DNA from: Acinetobacter wanghuae
GTDB lineage: Bacteria; Pseudomonadota; Gammaproteobacteria; Pseudomonadales; Moraxellaceae
NCBI RefSeq assembly: GCF_009557235.1
Contig: NZ_CP045650.1
Span: 2,490,001 to 2,522,000 of the forward strand
Length of the DNA stretch: 32,000 bases
Direction: 5' to 3'
Below the pieces are notes generated by a model. It saw only the letters and a program-made list of their open reading frames with translations, had not been told where the DNA came from and searched no databases. The translations under genes were made by a program, and so were the position numbers. Shown here in pieces: positions 6,675-16,057 of the stretch. The number at the start of each line of letters is the position of its first letter. The first letter of the stretch is position 1.

Positions 6675-9512
6675 ATGGATATGAGTGTGCTGCCAATTAT
6701 TGTATTGTTACCCTTATTATTAGGCACAACTCTGGTCTTGTTGCTGAAACAATGGTCTCGTGGAGCAACGGCTCTCGGTGCGATTGCAATCAGTCTAAGC
6801 AGCTTTATTTTATTGGTGCTACAAGCGCCTGCCATTTTTAATGGTCAAGTCCTGATTCAAACATGGACTTGGTTGCCACAACTTGGGCTAGACTTTAGTT
6901 TCCGCCTCGATTCACTTGCGCTACTGTTTAGCTTATTGATCAGTGGTATCGGCACACTCATTTATATTTATGCTTATTATTATTTAAGTCCTAAAAATTC
7001 TTTGAGTAAACTTTATTTTTTACTCATGCTGTTTATGGCAGCAATGCTCGGTATTTCACTCTCCAATAATTTAATTTTACTGCTGACATTCTGGGAACTT
7101 ACCAGTATTTCATCCTTCTTATTGGTCGGTTATTGGAGTAATTACGAAGCCGCGCAACGTGGCTCACGTATGGCATTGACCATTACCGGTATGGGTGGAC
7201 TTGCCATGCTGGGTGGTTTTATTCTCTTAGGGCAAATCACGGGCACTTATCAGATTGATGTCATTCTGACCATGAAAGATCAGATTCAATCTCATGCTTT
7301 ATTTGTGCCGACATTGCTGCTGATTTTACTCGGTGCTTTTACCAAAAGTGCGCAATTCCCGTTTCATTTTTGGTTGCCAAATGCCATGGCGGCACCAACA
7401 CCCGTCTCTGCGTATTTACACTCAGCCACAATGGTGAAAGCCGGACTATTTTTGGTTGCTCGTTTACTACCGATTTTTGCTGGGGCTGCGTTATTCCATA
7501 ATATTGTGACCTTTGTGGGTCTCTTTACCTTATGTATGGCAGCGTTCTTCGCCATCTTTAAAGAAGATTTAAAAGGACTTTTGGCATATTCGACCATTAG
7601 TCATTTAGGTCTGATCATGTGCTTGCTGGGTATTGGTTCACCACTTGCTGTGGCTGCTGCTATTTTCCATATTATTAACCACGCCACCTTTAAAGCGGCA
7701 TTGTTTATGATCGCCGGCATTATCGATCATGAATCTGGTACACGTGATTTACGTAAGCTGTCGGGCTTATGGCAACTACTGCCTTTCACGGCGACATTGA
7801 CCATGATCACCGCAGCTTCAATGGCGGGTGTGCCACTGACCAATGGTTTCTTGTCCAAAGAAATGTTCTTTACTGAATTGCTTGCCAACCTCAATGGTCC
7901 TGTGATGGTCGGGGCTGCAATTGTGGCAACGTTTGCAGGTATTTTTGCAGTCGCTTATTCGGTTCGTTTGGTACATGGCGTATTCTTTGATGGTCCACTC
8001 GGTAAGAATGTACCGAATAAAAACGCCCATGAACCGGCTTTTGGCATGCGCGCGCCTGCAACCTTATTGGCTATCTTATGTATTTTAGTCGGTCTTCTAC
8101 CGGCATTATTAGTCCAAGATATTGTCAATAGTACGGCACGTGCCAGTACACAAAATTTTGCTTTTGAAGGTACGCATCTTGCTATTTGGCATGGTTTTAA
8201 CCTGCCATTATTAATGAGTGCTATTGCCCTTGTTGGCGGTGTGATTTTCTATTTCGCCTTAGCCAAAGGTGGTCGCTTACGTGAAATTGACCTTGACCCC
8301 GCATTAGGTAAATTACAAGGTCGGGTATTGTTCGACTTGTTCTTAAAATCACTCATGATCAATACGCGACGCTTCCGCCGTGCAACTGAAAATGGCAAAT
8401 TGCAAAGCTATTTATTGTGGATTGTGATATTCAGCGTGGGACTCACTGCTGTGCCATTTATCTCAAGTGGACTCAGCACAGGTACTCGCGAACTGACTTA
8501 CGCCCCTCCCCTTGCGATTGTGCTGTGGCTATTGATGTTCTCTGCATGTTGGATGATGCTGTGGTTCCATCACGAACGAATTAAAGCCGTACTGATTAGC
8601 GGTGCTGTCGGGCTTGTGGTAACCATGGTATTCATTTGCTTCTCTGCACCTGATTTGGCATTGACCCAAATTACTGTTGATGTTGTTACGACTGTTTTAC
8701 TACTGATGAGCTTGTCGTTATTACCTCAACTCACGCCTTATGAATCGAGCCTATCACGTCGTTGGCGTGATGCAATTATTGCGGTGCTTGGTGGTGGCGG
8801 TATTGCATGGGTCGCATGGTTAGTCATGACCCGTGATCATAATTCGATTTCTTGGTTCTTTGCCCAACAAGTGATTCCACTCGGTGGTGGTACCAACGTG
8901 GTCAATGTCATTTTGGTCGACTTCCGTGGTTTCGATACCTTCGGGGAAATTACCGTATTGGGCATCGCTGCAATTGGTGCGCTCTGTATGATGGACGGCA
9001 TGCGTGCGCATGGTACGACCATCACCCAAGGTTTAACCTACCGCTTTAATCCATCGCCACTTATGTTACGTATTACTGCTTCGTGGATTTTACCGATTGC
9101 ATTAGTCATTAGCTTATACATCTTTATGCGTGGTCATAACTTGCCGGGCGGTGGCTTTATTGCGGGCTTAATTACTTCACTTGCCTTAGTGATTCAATAC
9201 ATTGCGATTGGTCAAGACAAAGCAGAGCAACTGTTAGGCGCAAAATCCGGACGACTTTATGAAATTTGGATTGGAATTGGGTTACTGATTGCTGGACTTA
9301 CTGGTATGGGGGCTTGGTTCTGGTCACGTCCATTCCTGACCAGTGCACATATTCATGTCTCTCCACCACTGCTTGGTGAGATGCATTTAGCTTCAGCGGC
9401 ACTATTCGATGTCGGTGTTTATATTACGGTGGTAGGCGCAACTATGCTGATGATTTCAGTATTAGGCGACTCCCGTCACTCCAGTATGTCTGGCCCAGTA
9501 CCAAGAGGATAA
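6675..9512 (+). CDS. mrpA: Monovalent cation/H+ antiporter subunit A with fused B domain (PhaAB/MrpAB type)
   Basis: 945 aa polytopic protein with a NuoL/ND5-like core (FPFHFWLPNAMAAPTPVSAYLHSATMVKAG). The C-terminal part is MrpB-like (GHNLPGGGFIAGL). It is the first gene of a tightly packed C-D-E-F-G series. Confidence 0.9.
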   Translation: MDMSVLPIIVLLPLLLGTTLVLLLKQWSRGATALGAIAISLSSFILLVLQAPAIFNGQVLIQTWTWLPQLGLDFSFRLDSLALLFSLLISGIGTLIYIYAYYYLSPKNSLSKLYFLLMLFMAAMLGISLSNNLILLLTFWELTSISSFLLVGYWSNYEAAQRGSRMALTITGMGGLAMLGGFILLGQITGTYQIDVILTMKDQIQSHALFVPTLLLILLGAFTKSAQFPFHFWLPNAMAAPTPVSAYLHSATMVKAGLFLVARLLPIFAGAALFHNIVTFVGLFTLCMAAFFAIFKEDLKGLLAYSTISHLGLIMCLLGIGSPLAVAAAIFHIINHATFKAALFMIAGIIDHESGTRDLRKLSGLWQLLPFTATLTMITAASMAGVPLTNGFLSKEMFFTELLANLNGPVMVGAAIVATFAGIFAVAYSVRLVHGVFFDGPLGKNVPNKNAHEPAFGMRAPATLLAILCILVGLLPALLVQDIVNSTARASTQNFAFEGTHLAIWHGFNLPLLMSAIALVGGVIFYFALAKGGRLREIDLDPALGKLQGRVLFDLFLKSLMINTRRFRRATENGKLQSYLLWIVIFSVGLTAVPFISSGLSTGTRELTYAPPLAIVLWLLMFSACWMMLWFHHERIKAVLISGAVGLVVTMVFICFSAPDLALTQITVDVVTTVLLLMSLSLLPQLTPYESSLSRRWRDAIIAVLGGGGIAWVAWLVMTRDHNSISWFFAQQVIPLGGGTNVVNVILVDFRGFDTFGEITVLGIAAIGALCMMDGMRAHGTTITQGLTYRFNPSPLMLRITASWILPIALVISLYIFMRGHNLPGGGFIAGLITSLALVIQYIAIGQDKAEQLLGAKSGRLYEIWIGIGLLIAGLTGMGAWFWSRPFLTSAHIHVSPPLLGEMHLASAALFDVGVYITVVGATMLMISVLGDSRHSSMSGPVPRG

Positions 9513-9516
9513 TAGA

Positions 9517-9879
9517 ATGATCAGTATCGAATTTTTATTAGCTTCCGCGATTGGGTTACTCAGCGCAACTGGTATTTACTTGATTCTACGGGCGCGTACT
9601 TTCCCTGTCGTTTTAGGTTTAGCCATGATTGGCTATGCCGTCAATCTGTTTTTATTCGCCATGGGTCGCATTCAAATTAATGCCCCAAGTGTCTTGACTG
9701 AAGCCACCAAAATCACCGATCCATTGCCGCAAGCCTTGGTTCTCACCGCAATTGTCATCGGCTTTGCGACCACTGCTTTTATTGTTCAATTGGCACTTCG
9801 TAGCCGTTATGAATCAGGAACAGATCACGTTGATTCAAAAGAAGAAATACCGCTTGACCTACGTGAGGATGAGCCTTAA
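9517..9879 (+). CDS. mrpC: Monovalent cation/H+ antiporter subunit C (NuoK-like)
   Basis: 120 aa with three hydrophobic helices. It starts 5 nt after the mrpA stop behind AGAGGA. Position in the operon fits. Confidence 0.85.
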   Translation: MISIEFLLASAIGLLSATGIYLILRARTFPVVLGLAMIGYAVNLFLFAMGRIQINAPSVLTEATKITDPLPQALVLTAIVIGFATTAFIVQLALRSRYESGTDHVDSKEEIPLDLREDEP

Positions 9880-11939
9880 TGACTGATCTTCTGCAATTTT
9901 GGCAACAGCATACGCCGATCTTTAGTATCTTATTGCCAGCACTGACCGCCTTTATTTTGGTATTGCTCGGCAATCCCGGTTCAGGTTCTTTAGAGACCGA
10001 TTGGCGACAACCTTGGCGTCGCGGCATTAGTCATGTTTCAACCTTCTTAGGTTTAGTCATTGCGGTCAGCTATTTGGTGACGACCACTCAAGGACAAATC
10101 AGTGTTTATGCTTTAAGCGAATGGACAGCACCTTTTGGGATTGTTTTGGTCTTAGACCGTCTATCCGCTTTAATGTTAGTGCTAACCTACGTCCTTGCTG
10201 TTCCAGTTATTTGGTATGCGAGTAAAGAATGGGATACGCGTGGACGTTATTTCCATGCCATGATGCATTTCTTGCTCATGGGTTTAAGCGGCGCTTTCCT
10301 TACCGGCGACTTATTTAACCTATTCGTTTTCTTTGAAATTCTGTTGATGGCATCCTATGTTTTACTTTTGCATGGGCAAGGCAAAGCACGCTTTCAACTG
10401 GGTATTCATTACGTCACCATTAATCTACTTGCATCGGCATTATTTTTAATTGGTTTAGGTTTAATTTATAGCAGTATCGGCAGCCTAAATATGGCAGATG
10501 CTGCGCGCCTATTGCCTTTACTAGAAAATGATCAGCATCAAATTGCCGTGGCAGGTGGTCTACTTCTTTTCGTTGTATTTGGTATTAAAGCCGCGATGTT
10601 GCCTGTGGGTTTTTGGCTACCTAAAACCTATGCCGTCGCTACAACACCTGTAGCCGCAATCTTTACCATTATGACCAAGGTCGGGATTTACGCGATTATT
10701 CGGGTGAATGGTACGGTCTTTGATGATGCGTATAGCCATCAAATTCTGATGAATTGCTTGATGGTGATTGGTCTAATTACTTCCTTATATGGCGTGATTG
10801 GTGCAATTGGTACAGATCGTCTACGACGTTTTATTGGTTTTATGATCATATCCTCTATCGGTACGATCTTAATTGCCATTGCAATGAATACCACAGCCTC
10901 ATGGGCAGGTGCTTTGTATTATATGGTGCACAGTACCATTATCGGCGCTGTATTTTATATGCTGAGTGGTTGGATTACTTCACAACGTGGCGAATTTAAA
11001 GACCACTTTAAAATTGCACCGCGTATTAAACAAAATACATTGGTGTCGATTGTCTACTTTATTGTGGCCTTAATGATGGCAGGTTTACCACCGTTTAGTG
11101 GCTTCTTAGGCAAAGTCTTCATCTTACAAGCGACAGCAAATTCACCATATCAAATGACCATTATCATTACGGTATTACTGGTCAGTTTACTCAGCATTTT
11201 GGCATTTACTCGGGTTGGGTTCGTACTCTTTTGGCGTGCAACAGCACCCGAACAAGATGTGAATAGCAAAGAATATACGCGTTATGACAACTTGCCGAAA
11301 CAAGCACCACCACGTAATGATAAAGTGGTCTATGTTTTATTGACGACTTTAATGGCTTATGTGATTTTTGCATCCCCAATCTATAATTTTAGCTATCAAA
11401 CTGCTGAACAAATTAAAGACAATGCCATCTATGAAGCGGCTTTACTTAAACGTGATGCACAAGGCAAAGTGATTAGCGTACAGCCGTTTGACCCTGAATA
11501 TTTACCAGAAACCAAATATGGTGGTGAATCGGTTGATCCAAATGCTCATCTTATTCCGTATATGATTTCTGAAAATACTTTAAAGGGCGAGCATATTTCT
11601 GATTTTAAACAACGTCAGATCAAAGAGCAGTATGTAGAGCAGCAGCAATCGAGTGATAATAAAACTCAAACCGATGGAGCAATAATCATGGCGAATTCGT
11701 TATTTTTGAAATGCTTCCCACATCCATTGGTATCCATTATTGTGGGCATAAGTTGGGTTTTGTTGGCACATAGTTTAGATGTGGCTACGTTACTCATGGC
11801 ACTGGTTTTAGCCATTGTTATTCCATTCATGGTGAAACGCTTTATTGATTACACGCCCAATATTCATTTGGGTGCCTGCTATTCGGCTGTTCTTTGTGGT
11901 GCTTTGGGACATTGTAATTTCAAATATCAATGTGGCTAA
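9879..11939 (+). CDS. mrpD: Monovalent cation/H+ antiporter subunit D (NuoM/N-like); as read it runs without a stop into the mrpE N-terminus
   Basis: TAATG overlap with mrpC. ND2/ND4-like core (LFNLFVFFEILLMASYVLL, WLPKTYAVATTPVAAIF). The MrpD part is ~603 codons (to ~11687). The open frame continues through the mrpE start ATG 11688 to a stop at 11939. Confidence 0.8.
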   Translation: MTDLLQFWQQHTPIFSILLPALTAFILVLLGNPGSGSLETDWRQPWRRGISHVSTFLGLVIAVSYLVTTTQGQISVYALSEWTAPFGIVLVLDRLSALMLVLTYVLAVPVIWYASKEWDTRGRYFHAMMHFLLMGLSGAFLTGDLFNLFVFFEILLMASYVLLLHGQGKARFQLGIHYVTINLLASALFLIGLGLIYSSIGSLNMADAARLLPLLENDQHQIAVAGGLLLFVVFGIKAAMLPVGFWLPKTYAVATTPVAAIFTIMTKVGIYAIIRVNGTVFDDAYSHQILMNCLMVIGLITSLYGVIGAIGTDRLRRFIGFMIISSIGTILIAIAMNTTASWAGALYYMVHSTIIGAVFYMLSGWITSQRGEFKDHFKIAPRIKQNTLVSIVYFIVALMMAGLPPFSGFLGKVFILQATANSPYQMTIIITVLLVSLLSILAFTRVGFVLFWRATAPEQDVNSKEYTRYDNLPKQAPPRNDKVVYVLLTTLMAYVIFASPIYNFSYQTAEQIKDNAIYEAALLKRDAQGKVISVQPFDPEYLPETKYGGESVDPNAHLIPYMISENTLKGEHISDFKQRQIKEQYVEQQQSSDNKTQTDGAIIMANSLFLKCFPHPLVSIIVGISWVLLAHSLDVATLLMALVLAIVIPFMVKRFIDYTPNIHLGACYSAVLCGALGHCNFKYQCG

Positions 11940-12207
11940 ACTAGTGCTTGGACCCACGAAAAACTTACATCCAAAATGGTTTCGCGTACCTTTAGATACA
12001 CGCCATGAAGAGGTTAATGCTTTACTCGCGATGATCATTACGACAACGCCAGGCACAGTATCTGCCGGTATCGATCAGGATCGTGGTGATATTCTTGTGC
12101 ATGCGTTAAGCACGGATGATGTGGATGCCGAGATTGAAACCATTAAACAACGCTATGAACAGCCCCTCATTGAAATTTTCAGTGTTCAAATTGGAGATGT
12201 GAAATGA
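11688..12207 (+). pseudogene. mrpE: Monovalent cation/H+ antiporter subunit E, frame broken near 11870-11872
   Basis: ATG 11688 sits 8 nt after GGAG. The N-terminal membrane part (FPHPLVSIIVGISWVLLAHSL...IPFMVKRFIDYTPNIH) is in the mrpD frame. The conserved remainder (PAIRLFFVVLWDIVISNINVAKLVLGP...TTTPGTVSAG...RYEQPLIEIF) is in frame 1. 11688-12207 is 520 nt, which is 3n+1. Confidence 0.75.
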
Positions 12208-12479
12208 CCATTTTACCTTATGCACTGATCATCTGTTTAGGCGCCGTCACGATTTCAATGCTGCTTTGTCTGATTCGTTTAGTGATGGGTCCATCTATTG
12301 TGGATCGACTCTTGGCTTTAGATACTTTATTTTTAAATGCCATTTGTCTGATGGTGATTTTAGGCATTTATTGGAGCAGCAGCTTCTTATTTGAAGGTGC
12401 ACTGTTGGTTGCCATGCTTGGTTTTGTTTCAACTGTTGCACTTGCCCGCTATTTCACCACCGGTCATGTGATTGACTAG
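12204..12479 (+). CDS. mrpF: Monovalent cation/H+ antiporter subunit F
   Basis: ATGA overlap with the mrpE stop. 91 aa with three helices and the MGPSIVDRLLALDTL motif. Confidence 0.85.
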   Translation: MTILPYALIICLGAVTISMLLCLIRLVMGPSIVDRLLALDTLFLNAICLMVILGIYWSSSFLFEGALLVAMLGFVSTVALARYFTTGHVID

Positions 12480-12490
12480 GAGTCTTTAAA

Positions 12491-12889
12491 ATGTCATTAA
12501 TTTTTGAAATCCTAGTTTCTATCTTTTTGCTCATTGGCGCTTTCTTTATGTTGGTCGGCGGCATTGGGATGGTACGCCTGCCCGATTTATTTATGCGTCT
12601 GCATGCACCGACCAAATCAAGTACGCTCGGTCTTGGTAGTTTTTTAATTGCAGCGATGATTTTCTCTGCGATGTATGGTCGCTTTGGTTTCGCAGAAATC
12701 TTAATTACTTTATTTGCCTTTATTACTGCACCTGTATCGGCAAATTTAATGGCACAAGCAGCATTGCACTTACGACTGCGTTCAATGAGTGGTGAAGCAT
12801 CAGAAGCGATTGATCGCCCACTCCCTTGGCAACGCTCTACGCGTCAGGCATTTTATGAAAAGAAAAACTGCGATGATGATTTAAAATAA
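12491..12889 (+). CDS. mrpG: Monovalent cation/H+ antiporter subunit G
   Basis: GMVRLPDLFMRLHAPTKSSTLG is typical of MrpG/PhaG. It is the last gene of the operon. Confidence 0.85.
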   Translation: MSLIFEILVSIFLLIGAFFMLVGGIGMVRLPDLFMRLHAPTKSSTLGLGSFLIAAMIFSAMYGRFGFAEILITLFAFITAPVSANLMAQAALHLRLRSMSGEASEAIDRPLPWQRSTRQAFYEKKNCDDDLK

Positions 12890-12905
12890 ACTCAATACCA
12901 GATGT

Positions 12906-12934
12906 AAAAAAGCCACCCGAAGGTGGCTTTTTTA
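12906..12934. terminator. Bidirectional intrinsic terminator between convergent mrpG and rbfA
   Basis: aaaaa-agccacc-cgaa-ggtggct-tttttt: a perfect 7-bp stem flanked by an A-run and a T-run. Confidence 0.85.
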
Positions 12935-12949
12935 TGCGTTCAATTGAAC

Positions 12950-13354
12950 TTATTCTTCATCTTTTTTGTCTTCAGCAGGCGGTAAATCCTTCACTGCTTC
13001 AGCAATCAGACCAAACATATAGTTACCGTATGCATTGGTTTTGTCGTAATGGAAACGTAAACGAGGTGTTATACGTGTCTTGATTTGACGACTTAACTCA
13101 TGGCGTAGGAAACCAGATGCTTTGTTTAACACATCTAAAGTTTCTTTATTTGCCGCTTCGCTTTGTTCATCACCAAGTTCACGACCCATTACAGTCACAT
13201 AAACTTCAGCATAACCTAAGTCTGGGCTCACCTTCACCGCAGAGATGGTCACAAGACCACCTAAGCGTGGATCTTTTAGCTCCTGACGAATCAGTTCAGA
13301 GAGTTCTCTCTGAACTGTATCAGCCATACGCTTAAGACGTTGACTACCCGCCAT
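12950..13354 (-). CDS. rbfA: Ribosome-binding factor A
   Basis: QRLKRMADTVQRELSELI...DPRLGGLVTISAVKVSPDLGYAEVYV. TAATG overlap with the infB stop. Canonical position after infB. Confidence 0.92.
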   Translation of the reverse strand: MAGSQRLKRMADTVQRELSELIRQELKDPRLGGLVTISAVKVSPDLGYAEVYVTVMGRELGDEQSEAANKETLDVLNKASGFLRHELSRQIKTRITPRLRFHYDKTNAYGNYMFGLIAEAVKDLPPAEDKKDEE

Positions 13355-16047
13355 TAAAGACTCCGTTTAATCAGTTGAACATCGTACACTTCGATTTTAT
13401 CAAGTGCTTTAATGTCTTTATAACCTTTCACCGCAAGACCACATTCCATACCGGCACGAACTTCTTCAACCACTTCTTTATAGCGACGAAGAGACTCAAG
13501 CTCACCTTGGAACACAACCACGTCATCACGAAGGACACGAATTGGTTTGTTACGATGTAATACACCTTCAAGTACCATACAACCTGCAGCTGCACCGAAT
13601 TTACTTGAGTGGAATACTTCACGTACTTGCGCAACACCCAGAATTGTTTCGCGATGTTCAGGCGCAAGCTTACCGCTCATTGCTGCTTTCACATCATCGA
13701 TCAATTGATAGATCACTGAGTAGTAACGAATATCAATGCTGTCTGCATCTGATTTTTGACGCGCTGCGTTATCGGCACGAACGTTGAAACCAAGAAGAAC
13801 GGCTTCAGAAGATTCCGCAAGGGTCACGTCTGATTCAGTGATTGCACCAACACCAGAACCAATGATACGTACTTTCACTTCATCCGTTGCAAGATCAGCA
13901 AGTGCAACGTGTAATGCTTCTAATGTACCGCGTACATCAGTTTTAAGCACTACGTTCACGATAGGCACATCTTTCTTGCCCATAGACGCCATGATGTTTT
14001 CAAGACGCATTGCAGATTGACGTTCCAGACGTTTTTGACGTTCACGATCATTACGTGCATCAGCCACTTCACGTGCTTTTTTCTCGTCATTGACAACAAG
14101 AACTTCGTCACCTGCCATTGGCGCTTCTGGAAGACCTAAGATTTCAACTGGAATCGAAGGACCTGCAGATTTAATACGTTGACCGTTTTCATCTGTCATG
14201 GCACGAACGCGACCATAAGATGAACCTGCAAGAACAAGGTCACCTACTTTAAGCGTACCGTTTTGAACAAGAATCGATGTTACCGCACCACGGCTGTTAT
14301 CAACACGTGCTTCGATGACAACACCTTGTGCAGCACCTTCTTCAGACGCTTTAAGCTCAAGAAGTTCAGCTTGAATAGAGATCAAGTCTAGAAGTTCATC
14401 GATACCTGCACCTGTGTGCGCAGAAACCATTGCCACAGGAACGTCACCGCCCCATTGTTCAGGCACGATTTCTTTGGTGGTCAATTCATTCAATACGCGA
14501 TCTGGATCAGCTGATTCTTTATCCATTTTGTTGATCGCAACGATGATTGGCGTACCTGCAGCACGTGCATGGTCGATTGCTTCAGCAGTTTGTGGCATTA
14601 CACCATCATCCGCTGCAACAACAAGCACCACGATATCAGTCGCTTTTGCACCACGTGAACGCATTGCAGTAAATGCCGCGTGTCCCGGAGTATCAAGGAA
14701 AGTGATGATACCTTTATCAGTTTTCACATGGTATGCACCGATGTGCTGCGTGATACCACCCGCTTCGCCTTGTGCCACTTTCGCACGACGGATACGGTCA
14801 AGAAGCGATGTTTTACCATGGTCAACGTGACCCATGATCGTAACAACAGGTGCACGAGTAGATTGAACACCACGTGCCTCTTCAGCTTGCTCAAGTAAGT
14901 TGTCTTCTGCATCAGTTTCAGATACGAGAACTGGGTTATGACCCATTTCTTCAACAATGAGCGCTGCAATTTCTTGATCGATCGCTTGGTTTTGTGTAAC
15001 CAATTCACCCATTTTCATGAGTGATTTAATCACTTCGCGAACTTTGATCGCCATTTTTGCTGCTAAGTCAGCAACAACAATGGTTTCACCAATTTCAACA
15101 TCGTAAACTTGTTTTTTAACAGGTTTTTCGAAGCCGTGTTTGTTTGAAGAACTTGTTTTCAAACCACGTTTAGGCTGTTTGCTAAAGCTTTGCTCTTCCT
15201 GACCGCGACGACCACCTTTTTTCGGTGCGCGTGCAGTTGGGGTATTGGTACCACGTTTAATTTCGCGGTCTTCTTTTGCAAATGAATCTTCATATGCTTG
15301 ACCAACAAGGCCGGCAGCAAGTGGAGAATCATCAACCACACGAATGGTTGCAGTCGTATCTTCAGACGTATATTTCGACGCCATTTGACGCATTTGCTCA
15401 AGCGTACGCTGTTGCGCTTCTTCAGCAGATTTACGACGTGCTGCTTCTTCCACTGCTTTTAATTTTGCAGCTTCCGCTTCACGTGCTTTTTTCTGTTCAG
15501 CAGTTTCAGCTTGCTTCACCGTTTGTTTTACAATCGGTTTGTTGTTTGACTTACGTGTTACAACAACAGCAGCTTTCGATACTTCTTGTTTCTCACTGGT
15601 TTGTTTCGCAGCAGCACGCATTGCTTCTAACGCTTTGCTTGCGCCAGAAGATTGTGCTGGAGTCGCTTTAGGTTCAGCTGCTTTTTGCTCAGTTGCACCT
15701 TTAGCTTGATCAGCTTGTTTTGCTAAAGCTTCTGCTTTGATTTGTTCTGGGTTTGGCTTAGTAAATGTATGCTTCTTGCGAACTTCTACATTAATAGTCT
15801 TTGCCTTACCTGAAGTACTCGCAACTTTTGCGGTACTGGTCGTTTTACGTTTCAACGTGATCTGTCCTGCATGACCTTCTGAACCTTGTGATTTTTTCAC
15901 ATGGCTCATTAGGTTATCTTGTTGTTCGGGGGTAATAATATCGTCAGCTTTACGCTGTGGTAAACCTGCCTCACGAACCTGCTCTAGGAGCTTCTCAACT
16001 GGACGACCCACGCTGAGGGCTAACTCTTTAATCGACTTGTCCGTCAT
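13354..16047 (-). CDS. infB: Translation initiation factor IF-2
   Basis: GTPase motifs [17 protein letters not shown] and NKMD. Lys/Ala-rich N-terminal region. A GGAGG Shine-Dalgarno lies upstream of ATG 16047. Confidence 0.97.
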   Translation of the reverse strand: MTDKSIKELALSVGRPVEKLLEQVREAGLPQRKADDIITPEQQDNLMSHVKKSQGSEGHAGQITLKRKTTSTAKVASTSGKAKTINVEVRKKHTFTKPNPEQIKAEALAKQADQAKGATEQKAAEPKATPAQSSGASKALEAMRAAAKQTSEKQEVSKAAVVVTRKSNNKPIVKQTVKQAETAEQKKAREAEAAKLKAVEEAARRKSAEEAQQRTLEQMRQMASKYTSEDTTATIRVVDDSPLAAGLVGQAYEDSFAKEDREIKRGTNTPTARAPKKGGRRGQEEQSFSKQPKRGLKTSSSNKHGFEKPVKKQVYDVEIGETIVVADLAAKMAIKVREVIKSLMKMGELVTQNQAIDQEIAALIVEEMGHNPVLVSETDAEDNLLEQAEEARGVQSTRAPVVTIMGHVDHGKTSLLDRIRRAKVAQGEAGGITQHIGAYHVKTDKGIITFLDTPGHAAFTAMRSRGAKATDIVVLVVAADDGVMPQTAEAIDHARAAGTPIIVAINKMDKESADPDRVLNELTTKEIVPEQWGGDVPVAMVSAHTGAGIDELLDLISIQAELLELKASEEGAAQGVVIEARVDNSRGAVTSILVQNGTLKVGDLVLAGSSYGRVRAMTDENGQRIKSAGPSIPVEILGLPEAPMAGDEVLVVNDEKKAREVADARNDRERQKRLERQSAMRLENIMASMGKKDVPIVNVVLKTDVRGTLEALHVALADLATDEVKVRIIGSGVGAITESDVTLAESSEAVLLGFNVRADNAARQKSDADSIDIRYYSVIYQLIDDVKAAMSGKLAPEHRETILGVAQVREVFHSSKFGAAAGCMVLEGVLHRNKPIRVLRDDVVVFQGELESLRRYKEVVEEVRAGMECGLAVKGYKDIKALDKIEVYDVQLIKRSL

Positions 16048-16057
16048 ATACTACCTC

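Noticed and set aside
520-11900. Programmed ribosomal frameshifting in metY or mrpE
   Set aside because: There is no slippery heptamer plus downstream structure, no precedent in these families, and both breaks are repaired by removing one base from a short homopolymer.
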